In this document: positions 22,648 to 31,190 of the stretch, piece by piece | How positions within the stretch are numbered: the first letter of the stretch is position 1 | How the letters are laid out: each line of letters begins with the position of its first letter | Source of the DNA: an uncultured Gemmatimonadales bacterium | GTDB lineage: Bacteria > Gemmatimonadota > Gemmatimonadetes > Gemmatimonadales > Gemmatimonadaceae | NCBI GenBank assembly: GCA_963707505.1 | Contig: CAVPQB010000003.1 | Coordinates: forward strand, 736,001 to 800,000 | Length of the DNA: 64,000 nt | Direction of reading: 5' to 3' | The notes under the pieces: model-generated | Seen by the model: only the letters and a program-made list of their open reading frames with translations | Database searches by the model: none | What the model was told of the DNA's origin: nothing | Position numbers and translations under genes: made by a program

Positions 22648-23529
22648 TCACGCACGGGTGAGAAACAATCCACCGATGATTGAAGCTGTGCCGGCAATCT
22701 GCCACGCAGTTGGCGCTTCACCGAGAGCCGCCCAGCCAGTGAGAATTGCCACGATCGGCTGGAGGTTGCTGTACATCGAAGTTCGCGTAGGTCCCAGAAC
22801 GCGGATTCCCCGGTAGTAAAAGAGATACGCGACTCCAATCGATATCACACTGCTGTATGCCACGCACCACCAGGCAGTAGCAGATGCATGAGCCGACGTG
22901 ATGCTGGAAATCGCGAACGGAGTAGCGAGCGCCAACGGCAACATTCCACCCGCCATTGTAAGCGCGCTCAGCTGCACTGAGTCGACGCGGTGCGTGAGAG
23001 GCTGCAATCCCACCGTATATACTGTCCAGCACAACACGCCCATGAACACGATCAGCGCTCCAATCATCGAGCCCTGCCGTGATGCGCCAGTCGCGCTGCC
23101 AAGCATGACGATCCCAACACCTCCAACCGAGAGCGCAATCCCGCCCCACGCTCTCGCACTCACCTTCTCCACGCCTCTGGCCCAGCTGAGCAGAGCGATG
23201 AAAGCGGGCGCCGATGCCAGGATGAGCGCAGCACTTCCGACGCGAGTGCGAGAGACTCCAAACACGAAGAGAAGCTGATACAGACCATTGCCGAGGACAC
23301 CCAGACCGAGCAGCCGCAGTACGTCCGATCTGGTCGGCCATTGCTTGCGTTGAAGCAGCACCGCCACCAGTAGCATCAATGTGGCGATGAGCACGCGCAT
23401 CCATGTGAACGCCAGCGCGCCGAATGCAAGGCCAGCATATTTGACCACCGCATAATTGACTCCCCATATCGTCGCCATGAGGAGAAGCAGCATGTCGGTG
23501 GATCCGAACGACTTTGACCGGTCTGGCAT
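22648..23529 (-). CDS. DMT/EamA family transporter
   Basis: About 10 TM helices; IWGVN..VVK, LQPIVA, LGEAPT. Confidence 0.88.
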   Translation of the reverse strand: MPDRSKSFGSTDMLLLLMATIWGVNYAVVKYAGLAFGALAFTWMRVLIATLMLLVAVLLQRKQWPTRSDVLRLLGLGVLGNGLYQLLFVFGVSRTRVGSAALILASAPAFIALLSWARGVEKVSARAWGGIALSVGGVGIVMLGSATGASRQGSMIGALIVFMGVLCWTVYTVGLQPLTHRVDSVQLSALTMAGGMLPLALATPFAISSITSAHASATAWWCVAYSSVISIGVAYLFYYRGIRVLGPTRTSMYSNLQPIVAILTGWAALGEAPTAWQIAGTASIIGGLFLTRA

Positions 23530-23553
23530 CTTCAAATCTAGTATCTTTAGAGT

Positions 23554-23985
23554 GTGCACATATCCTTTGCAGTATTCGCCGACGCGGCCAACTTGTCGCA
23601 GGAAGGTAAGCTCAACGTCCTCGGGATATTCGACGCGTTGCACGTGAGCACATTTCCGTCGATGCACCCGCGTGCTCACTTCGTGGTGCGTGTGAAGGGC
23701 GGTCCAGCGGATTCCGGTACACATCAGCTGACGTTTCGCTGGGTCAATCCGCGCGACGCAGAACTGTGGACTTCGAGCGGCGAGCTTGCGGTCGAGGCCG
23801 GCCCCACGGCTGCACTCGAAATGGACCTTCCCATAATCGCGGTGGTCGATCTGCCGCTCGATGCCGCTGGTCAGTATACCATGCGAGTCGAGCTGGATGG
23901 CGAGCCTGTGGCCCGAACGAGCGTTTTTGTCAACGGGCCTGCCGCCACGCTGCCCTACAGCACCTCGCCCACGCTGGTCTCGTAG
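23554..23985 (+). CDS. Conserved hypothetical beta-sandwich protein (DUF6941-like)
   Basis: FADAAN...GKLNVLGIFD...GQYTMRVELDG pattern. Confidence 0.65.
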   Translation: MHISFAVFADAANLSQEGKLNVLGIFDALHVSTFPSMHPRAHFVVRVKGGPADSGTHQLTFRWVNPRDAELWTSSGELAVEAGPTAALEMDLPIIAVVDLPLDAAGQYTMRVELDGEPVARTSVFVNGPAATLPYSTSPTLVS

Positions 23986-24246
23986 GCGGGGCAGCCGAGC
24001 CGACGGCCCCGGCCCGCCCCGACCAGTCACGAACATACGTTTCGTGAACCATGACGCCATGCGTGCCGATACTGAAATCAGAGAAATGCCGCATCACTCT
24101 GGCCGGGCCCCGTCCGCGTTGGTGAGTGCGCCACAGCTCAGTTTCGAGCATGGGCACCAATGGACGCACGCCACGGCCCCCGCGTCCGTTGACGACGGCA
24201 GACATCACCGTCGTGTTAACCAGTTCTCCCGCTCGAAACGCCAGCC

Positions 24247-24504
24247 ATGATTGAGAAGATTCGCAATACTCTGCAACAGTACGCACATCTGAATCGCGAC
24301 GTGTCCACCATTTCGGCAGACGCGGACCTGTATGCGTACGGATTGACCTCACACGCCACCGTCAATCTCATGCTCGGACTGGAAGACGCCTTCCAGGTCG
24401 AGTTTCCGGAGCGCATGTTGCGCCGTCGAACCTTCGAGACCATCGCGAACATTCACGAATCGATCGTAGAGCTCACTGCCGGTCAGCCGGCGGCCGCATC
24501 CTGA
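24247..24504 (+). CDS. Acyl/aminoacyl carrier protein
   Basis: 85 aa, DLYAYGLTSHATVNLMLGLEDAFQVEFP (putative Ppant Ser). Confidence 0.88.
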   Translation: MIEKIRNTLQQYAHLNRDVSTISADADLYAYGLTSHATVNLMLGLEDAFQVEFPERMLRRRTFETIANIHESIVELTAGQPAAAS

Positions 24505-24512
24505 GCGCCGGG

Positions 24513-25682
24513 ATGCCTATCACTGTGATGAGCCGTTCGTTCGGTGCTCTCGAGAAAGCACAGCGTATCGGGCTCGAAGTAGCGGCGCCCGCCGCAGACG
24601 CGGTCGACAGAGAAGCACGTTTTCCGTCGGAGTCGTTCGACGCGCTGCGTGCGGAGCGAATGCTCGGGATCTTCATTCCAACAGAGTTCGGCGGCGGCGG
24701 ATGCTCGCTCGCGGACGTCTCTGCGATATGCACCGCACTGGGCCAGCACTGTTCGGCAACCGCGATGATATTCGCGATGCATCAGATACAGGTCGCGTGC
24801 ATCGTCCGTCATGCGCGGGAATCCGATTTCTTCGCCAGCTACCTCGCGGAGCTTTCTGACACGCAATCACTGATCGCCTCGGCAACATCCGAGATCGGCG
24901 TCGGTGGCGACACTCGCTCGTCGGTCTGCGCAATCGAGCGCGACAACGGCTGCTTCTCGATCAAGAAGCAGGCGCCTGTCATCTCCTACGGCGAGTACGC
25001 GGATGCGATCCTCGCGACTGCACGTCGCACGCCGGATTCTCCGCCAAGCGATCAGGTGCTCGTGCTGCTGAAGCGCGACGAGTTCACCCTCGCACGCACG
25101 AGCGGTTGGGATACCCTGGGCTTCCGCGGTACGTGTAGCCCGGGCTTCATGCTCACCGCCCGCGCTACGGAAGATCACATTCTCTCTGATTCGTTCGCCG
25201 ACATCTCCAGTCAGACGATGCTCCCGGTGTCGCACATCGTGTGGACGTCGCTCTGGCTCGGAATCGCGACGGCTGCGGTTGGACGCGCGCGTGCCTACAT
25301 CAGGGCGGAGGCGCGCAAGAGTCCCGGCAAGACGCCAGCGGCCAGTGTCCGTCTCGCCGAGGTCGTCAGCAAGCTGCAGGGAATGCGCGCGCTGGTGAAC
25401 GATTCCGTGCGCGACTACGAAGCTACGAGTGGAGAAGCGGACGCTGCATCGGGGATGAACTTTGCCATCCGCATGAACAATCTCAAACTCAGCTGCTCCA
25501 CTGCTGTCGTGGACATCGTGAGTCAGTCGATGCTGATCTGCGGAATGTCCGGTTACCGCATCGATTCCAAATTCTCACTCGGCAGACTGCTACGCGACGC
25601 TTACGGCGCGGCGCTCATGATCAACAACGACCGCATCTACGGAGCAAACGCCGCCATGCTTCTGGTATCAAAGGATGATTGA
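24513..25682 (+). CDS. Acyl-CoA dehydrogenase family protein
   Basis: VDREARFP, IPTEFGGGG, AMH, SATSE, WDTLGFRGTCS, RLLRDA. Confidence 0.88.
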   Translation: MPITVMSRSFGALEKAQRIGLEVAAPAADAVDREARFPSESFDALRAERMLGIFIPTEFGGGGCSLADVSAICTALGQHCSATAMIFAMHQIQVACIVRHARESDFFASYLAELSDTQSLIASATSEIGVGGDTRSSVCAIERDNGCFSIKKQAPVISYGEYADAILATARRTPDSPPSDQVLVLLKRDEFTLARTSGWDTLGFRGTCSPGFMLTARATEDHILSDSFADISSQTMLPVSHIVWTSLWLGIATAAVGRARAYIRAEARKSPGKTPAASVRLAEVVSKLQGMRALVNDSVRDYEATSGEADAASGMNFAIRMNNLKLSCSTAVVDIVSQSMLICGMSGYRIDSKFSLGRLLRDAYGAALMINNDRIYGANAAMLLVSKDD

Positions 25683-26613
25683 TAGCGTTGCCGACCGTGA
25701 GACCGCGATTGACGCCTCGCGAAGCGAATATCTCGACGCCCTGCTCTCCAATGGCGTGATAACCGACACCGGCGTCCCGGGCGTCTATGGCAAGAGCCGC
25801 GAGTTCGAGCGCGTACTGGGCGGATTCGACCGGTTCGTGACCGAGTCGGGAGTCGATCAGAATGCCGAGGTGCTCCGGTTTCCCCCGGTGATCAACCGTG
25901 CGGACTTCGAGCGCAGTGGTTATCTCAAGTCATTCCCACATCTCACGGGCAGCATTCACGGCTTCCGTGGCAACGAGCGGGATCACGCGCAGATGCTGCG
26001 GATGCTCGAGAATGGAGAGGAGTGGACGGGTCATTTTCACAGCACCGATCTGATTCTGACTCCGGCGGCTTGCTATCCTGTTTATCCACTGGCGAGCGGC
26101 GTGCTCCCCAGGAATGGACGTCTCTTCGACGTGCAGTCGTACTGCTTCCGCTACGAACCGTCGAGCGATCCCGCACGCATGCAGGTATTCCGGATGCACG
26201 AGTATGTCAGGATAGGCACGCCGGATAACGTGCGGCGATTCCGCGATGTGTGGCTCGAGCGCAGCGAGGCGATGTTGAGATCGGTTGGGCTGGATGCAAA
26301 TGCAGTCGTCGCCAATGATCCGTTCTTCGGACGGGGCGGCGCCATTCTCGCCGCAAGCCAGGTGGAACAGGCCCTCAAGTTCGAGATGGTCGTACCGATC
26401 TCGACGCCGGAAGCGCTTACCGCGGTGGTCTCCTGCAACTACCATCAGGATCATTTCGGCAAGGCGTTCGGCATTGCAACCGCCGACGGTGATGTGGCGC
26501 ACACGGCATGTGTGGGCTTTGGTCTCGAGCGCATCACGCTCGCTCTCTTCATGGCCCATGGTTTCACTCCGTCGAGTTGGCCTACCGGGGTCCGGACGAC
26601 GCTCGGGCTGTGA
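25675..26613 (+). CDS. Amino acid--[carrier-protein] ligase (truncated class II aaRS, atypical SerRS homolog)
   Basis: GYLKSFP, PAACYP, motif 2 CFRYEPS...RMQVFRMHE, ANDPFFGR, NYHQDHFG, motif 3 HTACVGFGLER; no tRNA-binding domain. Confidence 0.88.
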   Translation: MIDSVADRETAIDASRSEYLDALLSNGVITDTGVPGVYGKSREFERVLGGFDRFVTESGVDQNAEVLRFPPVINRADFERSGYLKSFPHLTGSIHGFRGNERDHAQMLRMLENGEEWTGHFHSTDLILTPAACYPVYPLASGVLPRNGRLFDVQSYCFRYEPSSDPARMQVFRMHEYVRIGTPDNVRRFRDVWLERSEAMLRSVGLDANAVVANDPFFGRGGAILAASQVEQALKFEMVVPISTPEALTAVVSCNYHQDHFGKAFGIATADGDVAHTACVGFGLERITLALFMAHGFTPSSWPTGVRTTLGL

Positions 26614-27575
26614 GTGCGACGGTGTTCGGGCTGAACGCCGCTACATATACGCCGCACGAGTTGCACCGTAGCGAGCGAGTCTGGCTCGAGACGAACTGCT
26701 ATGTCGATCTCTGGATCGAGCTGCTGCACACGATGCGGCTCGATCCAGTCGCGTCCATGGCGTTCACACTCGCGATGGATTTCGAGGGCGATCAGTGGAC
26801 GTTCTTCAAGCAACCCACCGCCGACCTCTACAATCTGTACGGGGTGGATGTCCAGGAACTGACTATCTGGCGGCCGGTCATCGACCATGTCGCTGAGCAG
26901 GTGACGCACGGGCGCGTGCCACTGGTGGAAGTGGATTCGTTCCATCTTCCCGATACGACCGGCGTGGCGTATGGCGTGGAGCACACCAAAACTACGATCG
27001 GCGTCGAGGCAATCGATCTCTCGGAGCGGCGCATGGGCTACTTCCACAACGCCGGCTATTTCGAGCTTTCCGGTGCCGACTTCGACGGACTCTTTCGTGA
27101 TGACAGGGAGTCGCTTGCCCCGTACACCGAGATCGCGAAGCTAGACCGGCTCGTGCACAGAAACGATGCCGAGCTGGGAGCGATGGCACTCGAGCTCACG
27201 CGATACTATCTCCGACGAATTCCGTGCGTGAACCCGGTCACGAAGTATCGCTCACGCTTTGCGGATGATATGACGTGGCTCGCCAGTGAGGAAATGGCCG
27301 TCTTCTACAAGTACGCGTTCGCGACGCTGAGACAGTGCGGTGCGTGCGCTGAGATGGCATCGACCTTTCTGACATGGCTTTCGAAGCGCGGAGGCGAGCT
27401 GACGCCGGCTGCTGATGAATTCGCAACCATCGCGTCGGGCGCAAAGGCGATCCAGTTCAAGGTCGCGCGCATGATGGCGACAAGGAAGCCCGCTGAGGTC
27501 ACGCTATTGCTGGACCAGATGGAAGCCAGCTGGGATCGCGCGATATCAGATCTGTTGACCCGATATGCTGCCTAA
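26610..27575 (+). CDS. DUF1839 family protein
   Basis: ETNCYVDLWIE, DFEGDQWTFFK, EVDSFHLPDT, HTKTTI, YFHNAGY, FATLRQ; context next to the aa:CP ligase. Confidence 0.75.
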   Translation: MSATVFGLNAATYTPHELHRSERVWLETNCYVDLWIELLHTMRLDPVASMAFTLAMDFEGDQWTFFKQPTADLYNLYGVDVQELTIWRPVIDHVAEQVTHGRVPLVEVDSFHLPDTTGVAYGVEHTKTTIGVEAIDLSERRMGYFHNAGYFELSGADFDGLFRDDRESLAPYTEIAKLDRLVHRNDAELGAMALELTRYYLRRIPCVNPVTKYRSRFADDMTWLASEEMAVFYKYAFATLRQCGACAEMASTFLTWLSKRGGELTPAADEFATIASGAKAIQFKVARMMATRKPAEVTLLLDQMEASWDRAISDLLTRYAA

Positions 27576-30108
27576 GCGGGCCGCACTCGACAGCCAGCCA
27601 GTAGCATCGACGTCAGCTGCTCCGGGCGGGATCGAGCTCACCGAGTGGCAGATGGCGCGCACCGATGCAGACTCGGTGACTCATCCCGATCGGTTGCGCG
27701 TCAGCGACGAATTCTGGACTGCGGCTTCCGCGCCCGGCACGGTGGCAGGGGCACTTCGCGCCGCAGGTATGTGGGACTGGGCAGCCCCGCTTGCAATCGA
27801 CGACCATGACTGGTGGTATCGCTGCCAGTTTCGCTGTGATGACTTTGCGACCGGTGCCTCGCTCCACTTCGGCGGCCTTGCTTCTCTTGCTGACGTCTGG
27901 CTCAACGGAACGCACATCCTGTCGAGCGACAACATGTTCGTCGCGCACAACATCGACGCTGGTAACGCCCTCGCGCTCGACAACGAGCTGATCATCCGCT
28001 TCGCTTCGTTGACGTCGGCGCTCGCGGTGCGGCGAGTACGCCCGAGGTGGCGAACTCGCCTCGTCAACAATCAGAATCTGCGCTGGATCCGTACCACGTT
28101 GCTGGGCAGGATGCCGGGCTGGTCATCGGCGCCGCAGGCCGTCGGTCCGTGGAAGAGCGTCACGCTGCGCCCGGCGTCCGCGACACGAATCGTCTCCAAA
28201 AAGGTAAGATCGCGACTGGATCACGGGGACGGCGTCGTCTCGGTCGCTGTACGCGTGCACGCGCCACCGGGTACGAACATCACGGCGGCAAACGTGATCG
28301 TCGGTACGGTCGAGCGACCAGCCATCGTTCGGTGGACTGACAATGATTTCGTCGTCCACGCGACGATCCGCATAGCGGACGCGGCGATCTGGTGGCCGCA
28401 CACGCATGGTGACCAACCACTGTATGACGCAGCCATCCGCGTCATCGCGACCGATTCGGAGATCCATCTCCCACTAGGACGCGTCGCGTTCAGAACGGTA
28501 CGTCTTGACACTGACGACGGCGACTTCGGGCTGCACATCAATAACGAGCGCGTATTCTGGCGAGGAGTTTGCTGGAGCCCACCCGATTCATTGCGCCTGC
28601 ATTGCACCAGGCACGAATATCGGCGAACTCTGGAGCTTGCGCGCGACGCCGGCATGAACATGATCCGCGTTGGCGGGACGATGGTCTACGAGCACGACGA
28701 CTTCTACGATCTCTGTGATGAGCTCGGCATCGTGGTGTGGCAGGACTTCATGTTCGCCAACATGGATTATCCGGTCGACGATGCTGCGTTCGCGGCCAGT
28801 GTCGAGCGCGAAGCGAGTCAGTTGCTCCAGCGCATTGGTGATCACCCGTCGCTCATACTCGTGTGCGGCAACAGTGAGGTGGAGCAGCAGGCGGCGATGA
28901 TCGGCCGTCCATCGACGGATTGGCGCAGCAGGCTGTTTTCGGAGAGGCTACCCGATCTCGTCGCCGAGCACGCTGGTGTGGTGCCGTACTGGCCGTCGTC
29001 GCCGAGTGGCGGCGTGCTTCCGTTTCACGTAAACGCAGGCGACGGACACTATTTCGGATACGGACCATATCTCCGTCCATTCTCCGACGTACGCGCGAGC
29101 GAGGTGCGATTCGCATCGGAGGCGCTGGCGCTTTCGAACGTTCCGGAGCCATCGTTCGTCGATCGGATGTCGTGCGGCGCTGCTGGCGCCGGACATCATC
29201 CGGACTGGAAGCGCGGCGTTCCACGCGACAATGGGTCGGGATGGGATTTCGAGGATGTTCGCGATCATTACGTAAGGGAAATCTTCAACGTCGATCCCGT
29301 CGCTGTGCGTTATTCCGATCCCGAGCGGTACCTGGCACTTGGCCGCGTTGCTGGCGGAGAGCTGATAACGCGCACTATCGCGGAGTGGCGCAGAGCAGAG
29401 TCTCCATGCGCGGGCGCACTCGTGTGGCTGTATCGCGATCTCCGTCCTGGCGCCGGCTGGGGAGTTCTCGATCATGAAGGGGCGCCGAAGGCTGCGTATT
29501 ACTATCTCGCTCGCGCCTATCGTCCAGTCACCGTCGTGATGTCGGACGAGGGATTGAATGGTATTGCGGTCCACGCGATAAACGATGGTCCGGTGCCGAT
29601 CACGCCAGAGCTCAGGCTGTCGCTGTTCCGCGACTCCGTTCCCGTTGGGGAGACATCCGCACACGTGAGAATAGCAGAACGCTCGACGGTGAACATCAGC
29701 GCTGACAAGCTGCTCGGTTCATTCACAGATGTGACCTACGCGTACAGATTCGGCCGGCCAAATCACGACGCCGTGGTTGCAACGCTTACTGATCCGGAGA
29801 CCGGGACGCTACTGGCACAATCGTTTCACTTTCCACTTGGGGTTGGTGCGCCGCGGGCGGCAGCGACCCTGAATACGGCGGTCGAGCGTATCGGAGATGG
29901 CTGCTACTCGGTCAGGATTGGCACCGACCGGTTGGCGCTGGCAGTGGCAATTGAAGCGATCGGTTGGCGACCAAGCGATAATTACTTCCATATCGCGCCT
30001 GGCAGCGAGCGAACCATTCTGCTGACGACGTCTGGGGACGGAGCGAGGCTTTCGGGACATGTAACGGCGCTCAACGCATCGACACCGCTGGGATTTCACG
30101 CGCCGTGA
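27565..30108 (+). CDS. Glycoside hydrolase family 2 (beta-mannosidase-like)
   Basis: WWPH..G..PLY, MNMIRVGG, FYDLCDELGIVVWQDFMFAN, CGNSE, PYWPSSP, RFASE, DNYF. Confidence 0.85.
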   Translation: MLPKRAALDSQPVASTSAAPGGIELTEWQMARTDADSVTHPDRLRVSDEFWTAASAPGTVAGALRAAGMWDWAAPLAIDDHDWWYRCQFRCDDFATGASLHFGGLASLADVWLNGTHILSSDNMFVAHNIDAGNALALDNELIIRFASLTSALAVRRVRPRWRTRLVNNQNLRWIRTTLLGRMPGWSSAPQAVGPWKSVTLRPASATRIVSKKVRSRLDHGDGVVSVAVRVHAPPGTNITAANVIVGTVERPAIVRWTDNDFVVHATIRIADAAIWWPHTHGDQPLYDAAIRVIATDSEIHLPLGRVAFRTVRLDTDDGDFGLHINNERVFWRGVCWSPPDSLRLHCTRHEYRRTLELARDAGMNMIRVGGTMVYEHDDFYDLCDELGIVVWQDFMFANMDYPVDDAAFAASVEREASQLLQRIGDHPSLILVCGNSEVEQQAAMIGRPSTDWRSRLFSERLPDLVAEHAGVVPYWPSSPSGGVLPFHVNAGDGHYFGYGPYLRPFSDVRASEVRFASEALALSNVPEPSFVDRMSCGAAGAGHHPDWKRGVPRDNGSGWDFEDVRDHYVREIFNVDPVAVRYSDPERYLALGRVAGGELITRTIAEWRRAESPCAGALVWLYRDLRPGAGWGVLDHEGAPKAAYYYLARAYRPVTVVMSDEGLNGIAVHAINDGPVPITPELRLSLFRDSVPVGETSAHVRIAERSTVNISADKLLGSFTDVTYAYRFGRPNHDAVVATLTDPETGTLLAQSFHFPLGVGAPRAAATLNTAVERIGDGCYSVRIGTDRLALAVAIEAIGWRPSDNYFHIAPGSERTILLTTSGDGARLSGHVTALNASTPLGFHAP

Positions 30109-30135
30109 TTCGATCGCCGGCTCGTTTTGCGCAGT

Positions 30136-30942
30136 TTACAGCACGCGCCGCGCGAATCTGAAGGTTTCGCGCAGCCCCAGTGCTACGCTATCATCGGCGT
30201 CGAGCGCGTTGATGCCGAAGCCGCCGTTGGCGAGCGAACAGTGGGCGCACGCGGCACCGCCCAGTGAGAGTGCAACATGCGTTGGCCGCCCATCGCTGCG
30301 ATCGGAGAAGAACAGCAGATCGGCGGGCTCCAGATCGACGATGTCGCCCGTGACTTCGCGACCACGCTCAGCCTGCATCCACGCATCACGTGGAAGTTGA
30401 GTTCCGTGCAGCGCGAACATCGTCTGGATGAAGCCCGAGCAGTCCGCGCCCCACGGTGTAACGCCGCCCCACTGGTACGACGCGCCCGCGAACAACTCGG
30501 CAGCACGCTGCACGATCAGATCTCCATCGGGAGCGAAGTAGCGCGCGCGTGCGCGATGGTTCATCGCAATGCCGCGCGTCACGGCCTCGTCGGGGCCGAG
30601 CAATGCTCCCAGCGGCAGCTCGATCTCCGTGGTCGTGGCTGTTCTCACCACGCAACCGATCGACATACGGCGCTCGGCGCGCCACGCGGCCTGAAGAGGA
30701 CCGTCTTCGAATGCGGGTTCACGCGTGACGTACCCGCTGTGACACCAGCCCTCGTAGTCATCGGCACCGCGAAGGCGGAGCCAGTTGCCGTCGGCGTCCA
30801 CGATGTCAGCGGGATGACCGCGCAGTAGTTGAGTCAGCTGGCCCGAGGACACGGCCGGCTCGGACATCAGTGGTGCGATTGGCACTCTCACTGTGACACG
30901 GCCCGCGTGCACGCGACCGGCGTTGCTGGGCAGTGGCGCCAT
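30136..30942 (-). CDS. SH3 + NlpC/P60 cysteine peptidase (YkfC-like)
   Basis: DDYEGW, YQWGG, GADCSG, LPRDA, DLLFF, THVAL. Confidence 0.85.
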   Translation of the reverse strand: MAPLPSNAGRVHAGRVTVRVPIAPLMSEPAVSSGQLTQLLRGHPADIVDADGNWLRLRGADDYEGWCHSGYVTREPAFEDGPLQAAWRAERRMSIGCVVRTATTTEIELPLGALLGPDEAVTRGIAMNHRARARYFAPDGDLIVQRAAELFAGASYQWGGVTPWGADCSGFIQTMFALHGTQLPRDAWMQAERGREVTGDIVDLEPADLLFFSDRSDGRPTHVALSLGGAACAHCSLANGGFGINALDADDSVALGLRETFRFARRVL

Positions 30943-31190
30943 CAGTGCTCCGGCCAGTCCATTTCCGGAGGTGCCGGTGCCGCGCGCGAAGACGGGGCAG
31001 GGCTTGCTGCAGCGGTGGAAGGCGCGCTTGCAGCGATGGCGTTGCATCGCTCGCAGCGCACGACGCCCTTGAACACGCACATGATGCAGATGAACGTGCC
31101 GCAGTCCTTGCACGGATAGCCTTCGGATGCGCGCTCTTCCTGGCCGCAGCTGCGGCAGATCATGGCGTCGTGTTCGCGCAGCGCGCTCAT
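30942..31190 (-). CDS. Small zinc-finger-like protein (4x CxxC)
   Basis: CRSC, CKDC, CIMC, CERC; start/stop overlaps with both neighbours. Confidence 0.65.
   Translation of the reverse strand: MSALREHDAMICRSCGQEERASEGYPCKDCGTFICIMCVFKGVVRCERCNAIAASAPSTAAASPAPSSRAAPAPPEMDWPEH

Noticed and set aside
25675..26613. Housekeeping seryl-tRNA synthetase
   Set aside because: Too short, lacks the tRNA-binding domain, and lies beside a carrier protein
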